Shown here piece by piece: positions 8,316 through 17,775 of a stretch of DNA of 32,000 nt. The stretch is from positions 371,214 through 403,213 of the forward strand of contig CP149973.1 in NCBI GenBank assembly GCA_029269845.2. The letters are read 5' to 3'. The position numbers were made by a program, and so were the translations under genes. How positions within the stretch are numbered: the first letter of the stretch is position 1; each line of letters starts with the position of its first letter. The notes below the pieces were generated by a model, which ran no database searches, was not told where the DNA came from, and saw nothing but the letters and a program-made list of their open reading frames with translations. This DNA comes from Opitutia bacterium KCR 482 (GTDB lineage Bacteria > Verrucomicrobiota > Verrucomicrobiia > Opitutales > Intestinicryptomonadaceae).

Positions 8316-10241
8316 CTAATTTTCCACTTCCACAGCCGCGCCGTTTGCGCCCGAAAAATACTTTTTGAACGCAGCCCCCACGATTGGAGCCGCCGTTCTG
8401 CCGCCGCCCACGTCCCCAGGCTCTTCGCCCTCCACAATTACCGCCATCGCGACTTCGGGAGACTCCGCGGGGGCGAATGCAATCAGCCACGCGAGCGTCA
8501 GCGGGCGTCCGTTCACGCTGACCTGCGCCGTGCCCGACTTCGCCGCGACTTTCACCCCCGCGACGCGCGCGCGTTTCGACGTTCCGCGTTCGGTGGCGGC
8601 TACCATGCCCTCCAAGATTTTGTCGTACTGCGATTTTGTCAGCGGAATTTTCTCCGCCCCGTGGTACGCCGCGTCGGTTTTGCGGCGGGAGTCGTGAAGC
8701 ATGGAGAGCTTTGTGCGGGTCTCGCCGCGCGCGAACGACGCCGCGAACGACGCCACTTGGAGCGGCGTGAAAAGCATGTAGCCCTGCCCTATCGAGGCGT
8801 TGGCGGTGTCGCCGTTCGTCCACGGGCCGTCGTATTTGCGGCGTTTGCGCTTGAATTCCGGGGTCGCGACAATCGTCCTGCGCCAAGACTCCTCTTTCAG
8901 CTCTATTCCCGTGGACTCGCCGAAGCCGAAGAGTTTTGCGGTGTCGGCTATCGACTCTATTCCCGCGTCGATTCCCGTTTCGTAAAAATAGACGTTGCAG
9001 CTGTGCGCGAGCGCGCCGACCAAATCGAGGTTTCCGTGCCCCCACCTGCTGTTGCACGGAAAAATGCGCGAGCCTACGCGGTAGCCGCCCGTGCAGGTTT
9101 TCACGGAGTTTTCGTCAATCGCGCCGCTGCGAAGCCCCGCCGTGGCGGTTACAACCTTGAATGTAGACCCGGGGGGGTACAGCCCCGACGTCGCGCGGTT
9201 GAGCCACGCGCCGCGCTCGGTGATTTCGCGGTCAACCTTGTGGGTGATATATGGCGTGAGCATGTTCGGGTCGTAGCTCGGCCGCGAAACGAGCGCGAGC
9301 ACTTCGCCCGAATTTACGTCGAGCATAACCGCCGCGCCCTTCCGCTCGCCGAAAGCCTCTTCTATAACCTGCTGGATTTCGATGTCGAGGGAGGTGAACA
9401 CGTCGCCGCCCTTTGTGGGGGAAATGTCGAGCACGTTTTCGTACTTGTAGCCCGCGAGGTCGACAACCCAGATTTTCGCGCCGCTCGTGCCTGCAAGCTT
9501 GGAGTCGAACGCCGCCTCTATGCCCGAACGCCCGATGGTCGGGACAATCGCATAGGTGCGCAGATCGCTGCCGGGGATTTTCGAAATGTCGTCGTCGAAG
9601 TTGTTTGCCACATAGCCCAGCGCGTGCGAGGCGACGTCGCCGTAGGGGTAGTAGCGCGAAGTCCCCGTGTAAATCTGAATGGGCGAATCCACGGGAATGC
9701 GCTCCGCAAGAATCGCGTGCTCGCGCTCGGTGAGGTTGCGGACAAGCGGCAGGGGCAGAAGCTGCTTTTGGAGAAAGTGCTTATTGTAGTCGGCAATTCC
9801 AAGCGAATAGTTTGTGCCCAAGATTCCGTTAATCTGCGCAAGGTAGCCGTTTAGGACGTTAGAGCGGGCGCGTTCGGTAATTTCCGCGTAGTTCGGGCGG
9901 GCGTTCGAACCGACGGAGGCGAGTTTTGCAAGCTCGATTTTTTTCAGCTTGAAGTACTCCTCCCTGAACTCCTTGCGAATGTCGTTGAAATAGACGACGG
10001 CGGAAAATATCGGCTTGTTTGTCACAATCAGCCTGCCGTTTCTGTCGTAGATGTCGCCGCGCGTCCCGGGCTCGATAACGCGCCGCATGCTCTGCCGCCC
10101 GCCGCGCTCGACGTAGAAGTCGTACAAATAAATCTGCCTGTATCCGAGGGCGAAAATCAGCACGACGAACGCGAACGCAAACGCCCAGTAAAAGAACGGT
10201 ATGCGCGGGTTCTTCTTCGAATATGTGCGTTCCGCCGCCAT
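8316..10241 (-). CDS. mrdA: Penicillin-binding protein 2 (elongasome transpeptidase)
   Basis: I place the start at the ATG at 10241-10239, giving MAAERTYSKKNPRIPFFYWAFAFAFVVLIF (a TM anchor) and 641 aa. This ATG overlaps the mreD stop as ATGA. Transpeptidase motifs are STFK (SxxK), SCN (SxN) and KSGTA (KTG-type). The longer 852-aa ORF in the track is an upstream read-through across mreD in another frame. Confidence 0.9.
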   Translation of the reverse strand: MAAERTYSKKNPRIPFFYWAFAFAFVVLIFALGYRQIYLYDFYVERGGRQSMRRVIEPGTRGDIYDRNGRLIVTNKPIFSAVVYFNDIRKEFREEYFKLKKIELAKLASVGSNARPNYAEITERARSNVLNGYLAQINGILGTNYSLGIADYNKHFLQKQLLPLPLVRNLTEREHAILAERIPVDSPIQIYTGTSRYYPYGDVASHALGYVANNFDDDISKIPGSDLRTYAIVPTIGRSGIEAAFDSKLAGTSGAKIWVVDLAGYKYENVLDISPTKGGDVFTSLDIEIQQVIEEAFGERKGAAVMLDVNSGEVLALVSRPSYDPNMLTPYITHKVDREITERGAWLNRATSGLYPPGSTFKVVTATAGLRSGAIDENSVKTCTGGYRVGSRIFPCNSRWGHGNLDLVGALAHSCNVYFYETGIDAGIESIADTAKLFGFGESTGIELKEESWRRTIVATPEFKRKRRKYDGPWTNGDTANASIGQGYMLFTPLQVASFAASFARGETRTKLSMLHDSRRKTDAAYHGAEKIPLTKSQYDKILEGMVAATERGTSKRARVAGVKVAAKSGTAQVSVNGRPLTLAWLIAFAPAESPEVAMAVIVEGEEPGDVGGGRTAAPIVGAAFKKYFSGANGAAVEVEN

Positions 10242-10756
10242 CAATCCTCCCCGTCTATCGACATTTCGATTCCCAAAAAGTTCGCAAGCGACACGGGCAA
10301 AACCGCGCAGAATTTGCCCGCAAACAGCAGAACCGCCGCCGAAAGCAGCGCGTCCGCCGACACCCTCGACGCGTATTCGAAAAATCCCCCGACGTCGCGC
10401 GGGAAAAGCAGCGCGTAGAAAAACACCAGAATTATGTTTGTTATTTCGGCGAGCGCGGTAATCGAAAACCAGTCGCCCGAACGGAAGCGGAAGCGCATTC
10501 CGTGGACGGCGAACGCCGCCGAAAGCCACAGCGCGGCGGTCAGCCCCGCGCGGACGCCGGTCGTCGACGAGCACAGAAACGCCGAAACCCCAACGACCGC
10601 TAGCATCGGGAGAAAGTCGAGGTAGAGCGCGGCGGGAATTATGAACAGCGCGGGCAGAACGAGGTACGCCGACGGCGCAAGCTCCGAATTGAATGTGGAC
10701 AGCACGAACAGGTATGCCGCATTCGTCAACAGGATTGTCAGCGCGCGCATGAGCAT
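10241..10756 (-). CDS. mreD: Rod shape-determining protein MreD
   Basis: 171-aa polytopic membrane protein located between mreC and mrdA, with a 2-nt gap to the mreC stop. The call rests on size, hydrophobicity and position. Confidence 0.8.
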   Translation of the reverse strand: MLMRALTILLTNAAYLFVLSTFNSELAPSAYLVLPALFIIPAALYLDFLPMLAVVGVSAFLCSSTTGVRAGLTAALWLSAAFAVHGMRFRFRSGDWFSITALAEITNIILVFFYALLFPRDVGGFFEYASRVSADALLSAAVLLFAGKFCAVLPVSLANFLGIEMSIDGED

Positions 10757-10758
10757 GG

Positions 10759-11598
10759 TCAGTCGAGCCTCGCGTCCGAAACGGGTATGAGCACCGCGAC
10801 TTCCCGCAATGAGGCAAGTCCACGCGGAAGGCGCACTTTGCCCGATTTGAATATGCCGTCGGGTTCGGTTTCAAGCGAGACTATCTCTCCTATGAGCACG
10901 CCCTCCGGAAACGAACCCGCAAGCGACGACGTCACGAGTTTCAGCGGCGACGACGCGCTTGCCGACAAGTCCGCGGGCGCGTCGAAAACCTCTCCCTGCG
11001 CACTCTGCATCGAGACCGCGCCCGCGCCCTGATAGATTATGGGTCTGTCCTCGCCCGCAACGTGCGCCGCCATGCGGAATTTTCTGCTGCCGACAAGCTC
11101 CACGACGGACGTGTACGCGTCCGCCTTGACAACTCTGCCGACAACCCCGCCGCCGTAGACCACCGCGTAGCCCTCGCGGATTCCGTGGCGTTTCCCCTTG
11201 CGGATTGTGATGTGCTGCCACCATGCCGAAATGTCGCGGCGGCAGACGCGGGCGACCTCAGCCTTGAATTTCTCCTGCGAGGGCAGATTCAAAATGTTTT
11301 CGAGCCGCGAGACGCGGTTGCGCAGGGACTCGTTTTCGAGGAGTTTAAGCTCGTAGGCGGAGTTCAAACGCGCCAAGTCGCGCCCCGCTTCGATAAGCTC
11401 GCGCTTAGAGCGCGACGACAAGCTCCAAAACTTCTCCAAATCGCTCAGTTGCGACGGAATTGCGTCTATCGGAGCGCGGAACTCCTCGAACGCGCGTTCG
11501 GCGGAATTTCTGACGGCGGTCGGCGCAAACAGGCACGCAAGCACCGCGCAGGCAAAAATCGCGAGATTGCGCACCTCTGTAAACTTACGCAAACGCAT
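10759..11598 (-). CDS. mreC: Rod shape-determining protein MreC
   Basis: The 279-aa protein has an N-terminal anchor, a coiled-coil segment (LKLLENESLRNRVSRLENIL), then a beta-rich periplasmic domain with GYAVVYGGGVVGRV. It lies immediately downstream of mreB. Confidence 0.85.
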   Translation of the reverse strand: MRLRKFTEVRNLAIFACAVLACLFAPTAVRNSAERAFEEFRAPIDAIPSQLSDLEKFWSLSSRSKRELIEAGRDLARLNSAYELKLLENESLRNRVSRLENILNLPSQEKFKAEVARVCRRDISAWWQHITIRKGKRHGIREGYAVVYGGGVVGRVVKADAYTSVVELVGSRKFRMAAHVAGEDRPIIYQGAGAVSMQSAQGEVFDAPADLSASASSPLKLVTSSLAGSFPEGVLIGEIVSLETEPDGIFKSGKVRLPRGLASLREVAVLIPVSDARLD

Positions 11599-11619
11599 TT
11601 TCCCCGCCGCCTTTTTTTG

Positions 11620-12636
11620 CTATGAATTTTCCTTCGTCCAGAAATCGTAGTTTTCGAGCACAGCCCCCGTGCCGTTTACGACCGCCCGAAGAGGGTTGTC
11701 GGCGACAAAGCACGGCATGAGCGTGCTCGCCGAAATGCGGAGGTTGAGATTGCGGATTAACGCGCCGCCGCCCGAAAGCACTATGCCGCGCGTTGTAAGG
11801 TCTGCGCTAAGCTCCGGCTCTATTCTTTGAAGGACTTCGTGGATAACGTTGGTAATGGCGTTAAAGGGATCGGAAAGCGCCTCGCGGATTTCCTGCGAAG
11901 ACACGTAGAGCGTCTTCGGAAGCCCCGACTGCGCGTCGCGCCCCTTGACCTCCCAGGTAAGCTCCTTGTCGAGCGGGAACGCCGAGCCTATGTTTATCTT
12001 GATTTCCTCCGCAGTGCGTTCGCCTATGATGAGGTTGTAGGCGCGTTTCATGTACTGGATAATGCAGTTGTCGAACTCGTCGCCGCCGATTCTTACGCTG
12101 CGCGAGCACACGACATTCGAAAGCGAAATCACCGCGACTTCCGTCGTGCCGCCGCCGATGTCCACAATCATGCTGGCGTTCGGCTCTTCGATGGGAAGCC
12201 CCACGCCGATTGCCGCCATCAAAGGCTCTTCTTGGAGGAGCACCGAACGCGCCCCCGCGCGGATTGCAGCCTCCTGCACGGCGCGTCTTTCGACGCCCGT
12301 AATGCCCGACGGCACCGCGATTACCACTTTCGGCTGAATGAAACTGAACTGCTTAGACGCCTTCTCGATGAAGTAGCGGAGCATGATTTCGGTAATTTCG
12401 TAGTCGGCGATTACGCCCACTTTCATGGGGCGGATTGCGGTGATGTTGCCGGGGGTTTTGCCGAGCATTTTCTTCGCCTTTTCGCCGACGGCAACCACCT
12501 TTTTGGAATTGCTGTAAATGGCGACGACGCTCGGCTCGCTCATCACGACGCCCGAATCTTTAAGATAGACGAGCGTATTAGCCGTGCCGAGGTCGATACC
12601 TATGCCGTTCGAGAGAAAACCTTTGATGCCTGACAT
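11620..12636 (-). CDS. mreB: Rod shape-determining actin homologue MreB
   Basis: The 338-aa protein has actin-fold phosphate motifs GIDLGTANTLVY and DIGGGTTEVAVIS, plus GIVLSGGGALI. Confidence 0.95.
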   Translation of the reverse strand: MSGIKGFLSNGIGIDLGTANTLVYLKDSGVVMSEPSVVAIYSNSKKVVAVGEKAKKMLGKTPGNITAIRPMKVGVIADYEITEIMLRYFIEKASKQFSFIQPKVVIAVPSGITGVERRAVQEAAIRAGARSVLLQEEPLMAAIGVGLPIEEPNASMIVDIGGGTTEVAVISLSNVVCSRSVRIGGDEFDNCIIQYMKRAYNLIIGERTAEEIKINIGSAFPLDKELTWEVKGRDAQSGLPKTLYVSSQEIREALSDPFNAITNVIHEVLQRIEPELSADLTTRGIVLSGGGALIRNLNLRISASTLMPCFVADNPLRAVVNGTGAVLENYDFWTKENS

Positions 12637-12672
12637 AAAAATTTCCGATTTTTTTGCGATTTAATATAACGG

Positions 12673-12700
12673 TTGCGGCAATTTTTATATTGCCTATAAA
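12673..12700 (+). promoter_or_regulatory. Candidate promoter of the dsbD-led operon (TTGCGG-N16-TATAAA) with an embedded inverted repeat
   Basis: TTGCGG at 12673-12678 and TATAAA at 12695-12700. The spacer contains a perfect GGCAAT-N6-ATTGCC repeat (12677-12694). Motif-level evidence only. Confidence 0.3.
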
Positions 12701-12751
12701 ACCTATGTCGCTTAAAAATCGTTATTCTTCTCCGAATTGTCAACATTATAT

Positions 12752-14557
12752 ATGAAAAGCCCGTTAATAATTGCGCTGTTTGCGGCGTGCGCGGCGGCGG
12801 CGCAGGTCGATTTCAGGGTCGAAACCGTGAAAGCGGAGGCTTCGGCGGAATCGCCCGCGCGTGTCGATTTGGTGCTCGACATCGCCCCGAAGTGGCACAT
12901 CTACGGCAAAACCGCGTCGGTAGGCGAGCCTACCAAGTTCGAATTTTCGCTTCCCGACGGCATAAAATCGGTCTCGCTCGAATGGCAAAAGGAAAAGACT
13001 TTCGAAAGCTTCGGCGAAAAATACGGCGGCTACGACGGCAAAGCGACGGTATCCGCGCTAATCTACCCGAAAGCGGGGGCAAAGGCGGGAACAGAAAAAA
13101 TCAAGGTTTCCGCAAAGTGGCTCGCCTGCTCCGACACATGCGTGCCGCAGGAAAAATCTGCGGAGTTCGAAGTTGAAATCGCGGGCGGCGCAAAGGCGGC
13201 GGACGGCGGACTTCAAAATGCGTCAGAAAGCCCCCGTCTTGCGGCGAACGCGCAAATTTCAAAAAACTCCCCCGCCGCGACACCGCCCGAAGATGTCGGC
13301 AAAAACGCGGGCGCGGGCGCAAACGGAGAGCCGCGCGGGGCGCATTCCGGATTTTTTGCGGTTCTTTGCGCCGCGTTCGCGGGCGGGCTTATACTCAACC
13401 TCATGCCCTGCGTGTTCCCCGTAATCGGGCTGAAAATAATGTCGTTCGCAAGGGGAGCGGGGGCGTCGGGGAAGTCGGCGGTGCTTGGAGCTGCGGCGTA
13501 CGCGGGCGGAATTGTCGCGAGCTTCTGCGCCCTTGCTGGCGTGCTGATTGCCCTCCGCGCGGCGGGCGAAAACCTCGGCTGGGGATTCCAGCTTCAAAAC
13601 CCCGTTTTTGCGGCGGCGATGGCGTTGCTGTTTTTTGCGATGGCGTTGAGCTTCGCGGGGGCGTTCGAAATCGGCGCGGGCTTCGCGGGCGGCTCGGCGG
13701 GAACGGACGGGCGGCACAAATACCTTTCGTCGGCGTTGTCGGGAGTTCTTGCGGTGCTTGTGGCAAGCCCTTGCACCGCGCCGTTCATGGGGAGCGCGCT
13801 CGGAGCGGCTCTGGCGGGAGGGGCTTCGACGGCCGAGTCGATGTCTGTTTTCGCAATGCTCGGTCTTGGAATGGCGTCGCCGTACGTCGTTTTGGCGGCA
13901 TTCCCCGCGCTTGCAAAGCGCATGCCGAGGGCGGGCGCGTGGACGGAAACCCTCAAAAACATTCTATCGATTCCGCTTTTTGCGACGGTCGTGTGGCTCG
14001 TGTGGCTCTACGGAAAGCAGACGGGCGAGACCGTCCACCTGCTCTCGGCGCTGCTCGTGCTCGGCGTAGGGCTTAGGATTTACGGAATGTTCTCGCTTCC
14101 GCATTTTTCGCGGCGGACTCGGATTTTCGCGAAATGCGCGGCGGCGGCGGCGATTGCGGCGGCAATGTACATCGGCGCGGTCGGGGCGGAATTCGCCGAA
14201 GAAAATAGAAGCGGCAAAAGCGCGGAAGACGCGTGGAGCGCGGCAAAAGTCGATGCCCTGCGGCGCGACGGCAGGCGCGTTTATGTGGACTTCACGGCGG
14301 CGTGGTGTTTGACATGCCAGTACAACAAAAAGGTTTTGCACTCGGAAAAGATAAAAAAACTCTTCGCCGAACGCAAAATCGCGGTGCTCGTCGGAGACTG
14401 GACAAACCGCGACGAATCGATAACGGAGGAGCTGAAAAAATACGGACGCGCGGGCGTGCCGCTCAACCTGCTATTTCCTCCGAAAGGGCGGCCGATAGAG
14501 CTTCCCGCGGTTCTCACGGAGTCCGCGCTTATCGAAGCGGTTGACAAAACGGAATAA
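12752..14557 (+). CDS. dsbD: DsbD-family thiol:disulfide interchange protein (periplasmic N-domain + CcdA-like membrane core + thioredoxin domain)
   Basis: The signal peptide starts at MKSPLIIALFAACAAAAQ (ATG 12752; the track start at 12737 is a TTG). The N-domain has WLACSDTC. The membrane core has Cys in LNLMPCVFPV and SPCTAPF. The C-terminal thioredoxin fold has FTAAWCLTCQ. Confidence 0.85.
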   Translation: MKSPLIIALFAACAAAAQVDFRVETVKAEASAESPARVDLVLDIAPKWHIYGKTASVGEPTKFEFSLPDGIKSVSLEWQKEKTFESFGEKYGGYDGKATVSALIYPKAGAKAGTEKIKVSAKWLACSDTCVPQEKSAEFEVEIAGGAKAADGGLQNASESPRLAANAQISKNSPAATPPEDVGKNAGAGANGEPRGAHSGFFAVLCAAFAGGLILNLMPCVFPVIGLKIMSFARGAGASGKSAVLGAAAYAGGIVASFCALAGVLIALRAAGENLGWGFQLQNPVFAAAMALLFFAMALSFAGAFEIGAGFAGGSAGTDGRHKYLSSALSGVLAVLVASPCTAPFMGSALGAALAGGASTAESMSVFAMLGLGMASPYVVLAAFPALAKRMPRAGAWTETLKNILSIPLFATVVWLVWLYGKQTGETVHLLSALLVLGVGLRIYGMFSLPHFSRRTRIFAKCAAAAAIAAAMYIGAVGAEFAEENRSGKSAEDAWSAAKVDALRRDGRRVYVDFTAAWCLTCQYNKKVLHSEKIKKLFAERKIAVLVGDWTNRDESITEELKKYGRAGVPLNLLFPPKGRPIELPAVLTESALIEAVDKTE

Positions 14558-14579
14558 TTGTCCACAATTCCCGCTCTAT

Positions 14580-15833
14580 ATGAAAATGGAGCAGCCAAAA
14601 TTTCCCGACGGCAAAACTGCGAAGAAAATAGCCGCAAAATTCGAAACCCCGTGCTACGTCTACGACGAAGCGTCGCTCGTAAAACAGGCGAAGGCCGCCC
14701 TCGCCTTCCCCAACGCGTTCGGGCTTACCGTAAGGTACGCGATGAAGGCTGCATCGAACGCGGCGATTCTCAAACTCTTCGACAAGCTCGGGCTGCATAT
14801 CGACGCGTCCAGCGCATTCGAAGTCGAACGCGCAATCCGCGCGGGAATAGACCCCACCCACATTTCGCTGTCGTCGCAGCAGCTGCCGAAAAACCTGAAA
14901 GAGATTGTGAAATCGGGCGTGCTCTACAACGCGTGCTCGCTCCACCAGCTTGAAGCTTTCGGGAAAATCGCCCGCGGCGGAGAGGTCGGCGTGAGAATCA
15001 ATCCGGGGCTGGGTTCGGGCGGAACGCAGCGCACAAACGTGGGCGGCCCCGCGTCGTCGTTCGGAATATGGCACGAGTACATTCCGCAAATCAAGGCGGT
15101 CGCCGAAAAGTACAGGCTTAAAATCGTGAGAATCCACACGCACATAGGCTCCGGTTCAGACCCGCTCGTGTGGCAGAAAGTGGCGAAAATGAGCATCGCC
15201 ACGGTCGAGCAGTTTGAAGACGTCCACACGCTCGACATGGGCGGCGGCTTCAAAGTGGCGCGCGTCGCGGGCGAAAAATCGACAGACCTCCAAAAGATAG
15301 GCAAGCCCGTGGCAAAGGAAATACGCGACTTCGCAAAGCGCACGGGCAGGAAAATCCGCTTCGAAATCGAACCGGGGACATTCCTGCTGGCGAACTGCGC
15401 GGCGGTAATCGCGACGGTTCAGGACATGTGCGACACGGGCAAAGACGGATACAAATTCCTCAAACTCGATTCGGGCATGACCGACGTCCTCCGCCCCTCG
15501 ATTTACGGGGCGCAGCACCCCATTTCGATTGTCCAAAACAGGCCGTCGAAAAAGACCGAAAAATACATAGTCGTGGGGCACTGCTGCGAAAGCGGCGACA
15601 TTCTCACCCCCGCGCCCGCCGACCCCGAAGCCCTCGCGCCGCGCCTTATGCAAAAGGCGGAAATAGGCGACATTTGCATAATCGGCGGAGCGGGCGCGTA
15701 TTGCAGCTCGATGAGCCCCTCGAACTACAATTCCTACCCCGCCTCCCCCGAAGTCATGCTGCTTAAAAACGGCAAACTGCGGCTTATCCGCCGCCGCCAG
15801 ACGCCCGAACAGATAACCGAAAACGAGCTATGA
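14580..15833 (+). CDS. lysA: Diaminopimelate decarboxylase (fold-type III PLP decarboxylase)
   Basis: Motifs present are TPCYVYD, the PLP-Lys region YAMKAASN, HTHIGSG, DMGGGF, EPGTFLLA, HCCESGD and GAGAYCSSMSPSNYNS. I prefer the ATG at 14580 over the TTG at 14541, which would overlap dsbD. Confidence 0.85.
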   Translation: MKMEQPKFPDGKTAKKIAAKFETPCYVYDEASLVKQAKAALAFPNAFGLTVRYAMKAASNAAILKLFDKLGLHIDASSAFEVERAIRAGIDPTHISLSSQQLPKNLKEIVKSGVLYNACSLHQLEAFGKIARGGEVGVRINPGLGSGGTQRTNVGGPASSFGIWHEYIPQIKAVAEKYRLKIVRIHTHIGSGSDPLVWQKVAKMSIATVEQFEDVHTLDMGGGFKVARVAGEKSTDLQKIGKPVAKEIRDFAKRTGRKIRFEIEPGTFLLANCAAVIATVQDMCDTGKDGYKFLKLDSGMTDVLRPSIYGAQHPISIVQNRPSKKTEKYIVVGHCCESGDILTPAPADPEALAPRLMQKAEIGDICIIGGAGAYCSSMSPSNYNSYPASPEVMLLKNGKLRLIRRRQTPEQITENEL

Positions 15834-16237
15834 TTACCGCCGTCGCACAGGTGCGCGTAAGGTTCGCCGAAACCGACGCAATGGGGGTTGTCTACCACGC
15901 AAACTACCTGCCGTGGTGCGAAGTCGCAAGGCTTGCGCTCATCGGGTCGATAGGGCTTAGCTACAAAAAAATGAACGACGAAGGCTACCACCTGCCCGTC
16001 GTCGAAGCCCATTTAAACTATAAACACCCCGCAAAATTCGACGATTTAATCGACATCCGCGCGACTATCCGCGAACGCCCGACAGTCAAGGTGAAGATTG
16101 AATACGAAATTTTCGCGGCGGGCAAACTGCTCGCCACTGGACACACAATGCACGTTTTCGTCAACCGCGAGGGACTGCCCGTGCGCCCGCCGAAATACGC
16201 GCTCGACACTCTCGTGGAGGCTTTCGAAAAACAATGA
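15830..16237 (+). CDS. Hotdog-fold acyl-CoA thioesterase (YbgC/4HBT-like)
   Basis: The 135-aa protein has an N-terminal VRVRFAETDAMGVVYHANY, matching the catalytic Asp and aromatic signature of YbgC-type thioesterases. ATGA overlaps occur at both ends. Confidence 0.85.
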   Translation: MITAVAQVRVRFAETDAMGVVYHANYLPWCEVARLALIGSIGLSYKKMNDEGYHLPVVEAHLNYKHPAKFDDLIDIRATIRERPTVKVKIEYEIFAAGKLLATGHTMHVFVNREGLPVRPPKYALDTLVEAFEKQ

Positions 16238-17775
16238 AATACGCCGCATACATCGCGCTCGCGTTCGCATGCCTGTTCGCGGGCTTCTCCGCAAGAAACG
16301 CAAACATCACCCTCCGCGCAACGCACGCCGACGAGGCGGAACAGGCTACGACCGCCCTCAATCTGCGCGATACGGGCAAGTACGAGTACAACCCCAACGG
16401 CCCGCACGGCCCCACGCTCTACTATTGGGCGGACTGCGTGAAACTGCCGCCCTCGTCCTGCGCGACTATCGGAGACTTCCGAAAGGCGATGACGCCGATT
16501 GCGGTGCTCGCGCTCGTTGCGCTGCTGCTCACGGGAAGATACATCGGGCGCGGCGCGGCGTGGGCGGCTGTGGCGTGCCTTTCGATGTCGGCGGTATTCC
16601 AAATATATTCGGGGTATTTTGTGCACGAAATAATCTTCGCGGCGGCAATATTCCTGACAGCTCTTGCCGCGTGGAGGTTCGCGTGCGCGCCGACCGCCGC
16701 GGCGGCCCTGCTTGTAGGCGCGCTCGCGGGGCTTTCGCAGGCTACAAAGGAAACGTCGGTGATAGCGTTCGCGGCGATGGGGCTTTCGTTCTGCGTCTGC
16801 GCGGCTGCCGAAAAAAACATACGCGAAAACCTTTCGTACATGCTTTTTACGCGCAACTTCTTCAAATTCGCGGCGGCGTTCGCGGTGGGCTTTGCGGCGG
16901 TGTTCGCGGCGTTCTACTCGTCGTTCGGGGCGAACTGGGGCGGAATCGCCGACGCGGTGAAATCGTACTCGCACTTTTTGGCGAAGTCGGGTTCGGACGC
17001 GCACGCCTCGGGCTTCGCGTACTACCTGCAACTGCTGACGCTCCAAAAGTCGGAGGGCGCGGTCTTCGGAGAGCTGCCGATTGCGATACTCGCCCTCGCG
17101 GGAATCGGCTTTGCGATAGCCCGCAGAAAAAAATCGGCGTGGAGGTGCGCGTTCGCAATGTTCGCGTTCTGCAACGGAGCGTTCGCTGTTCTCGTTCTGA
17201 GCCTTATAAAATACAAAACGCCGTGGCTTCTGCTCTCGCCCGACATGTTCCTCTGCGCGGCGGCGGGCTTCGGCGCGGCGTCGCTGCTTTCGATGAAAAA
17301 CGTCTGGGCGCGGACTGCGGCGTTCGCGGCGGTAGCCGCCCTCGCGTTCTGGCAGTACAAACTTTCGGCGAACGCCTCCGAGCGGTACGCGAGCGACCCC
17401 CGCAACCCGTTCATCTACTCGCACACAGTGCGCGACTTTTCCAACCTCGAAAAACGGATTCGCGAAGCCGCAAAATTTTCCGAATATAAAAACGACATTC
17501 CCGTGGCGTTCGTCATGAGGGAATCGCCGTGGCCCGCGCCGTTCGACCTGCGCGACCTCCGCAACACGGGCTTTTGGAGCGGCGGAAAAATCCCCGAAAA
17601 CCTGCCGATTTTCGACGTCGTTGTGTGCGACGGCGCGTCCGAGGACGCGCTTTCCGCCGCGCTTCCGCCCGAAAAATACGCGCGGGAATTCTACGGACTG
17701 CGCAAAAACTTAGTGCTTACAGCATTCATAAAAAAGGACATTTTCGAAAAAATCGTAAACCAGGACGCGAAATGA
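16234..17775 (+). CDS. Polytopic GT-C-like membrane protein (PMT/ArnT-like; resembles the TIGR03663 family of unknown function)
   Basis: The 513-aa protein has many TM segments. Its N-terminal region LRATHADEAEQA...YEYNPNGPHGPTLYYW contains the DE dipeptide and HGP tripeptide that I recall as the invariant residues of TIGR03663. The C-terminal ~90 aa looks soluble. Confidence 0.65.
   Translation: MKYAAYIALAFACLFAGFSARNANITLRATHADEAEQATTALNLRDTGKYEYNPNGPHGPTLYYWADCVKLPPSSCATIGDFRKAMTPIAVLALVALLLTGRYIGRGAAWAAVACLSMSAVFQIYSGYFVHEIIFAAAIFLTALAAWRFACAPTAAAALLVGALAGLSQATKETSVIAFAAMGLSFCVCAAAEKNIRENLSYMLFTRNFFKFAAAFAVGFAAVFAAFYSSFGANWGGIADAVKSYSHFLAKSGSDAHASGFAYYLQLLTLQKSEGAVFGELPIAILALAGIGFAIARRKKSAWRCAFAMFAFCNGAFAVLVLSLIKYKTPWLLLSPDMFLCAAAGFGAASLLSMKNVWARTAAFAAVAALAFWQYKLSANASERYASDPRNPFIYSHTVRDFSNLEKRIREAAKFSEYKNDIPVAFVMRESPWPAPFDLRDLRNTGFWSGGKIPENLPIFDVVVCDGASEDALSAALPPEKYAREFYGLRKNLVLTAFIKKDIFEKIVNQDAK

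Noticed and set aside
10242-10874. N-terminal 211-aa extension that turns PBP2 into an 852-aa ORF
   Set aside because: The extension runs through mreD in another frame and is Arg/Gly/Ala-rich nonsense. The ATG at 10241 gives a canonical PBP2 membrane anchor and overlaps the mreD stop as ATGA.
12737-12751. Alternative TTG starts proposed by the ORF track (12737 for dsbD, 14541 for lysA, 26051 for GH2, 31939 for the Sel1 gene)
   Set aside because: In each case a downstream ATG gives a clean signal peptide or a conserved N-terminus. It also avoids overlap with the preceding gene, terminator or regulatory repeat.
16018-17489. Two long ORFs (468 aa minus strand, 463 aa plus strand in another frame) overlapping the GT-C membrane-protein gene
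   Set aside because: Both are extremely Arg-rich with no hydrophobic core or motifs. The third frame encodes a coherent polytopic membrane protein with ATGA coupling at both ends.
17529-17771. 81-codon upstream extension of the AsmA-like ORF
   Set aside because: The extension overlaps the 3' end of the GT-C gene and is Arg-rich. The ATG at 17772 gives a proper N-terminal anchor and an ATGA overlap.
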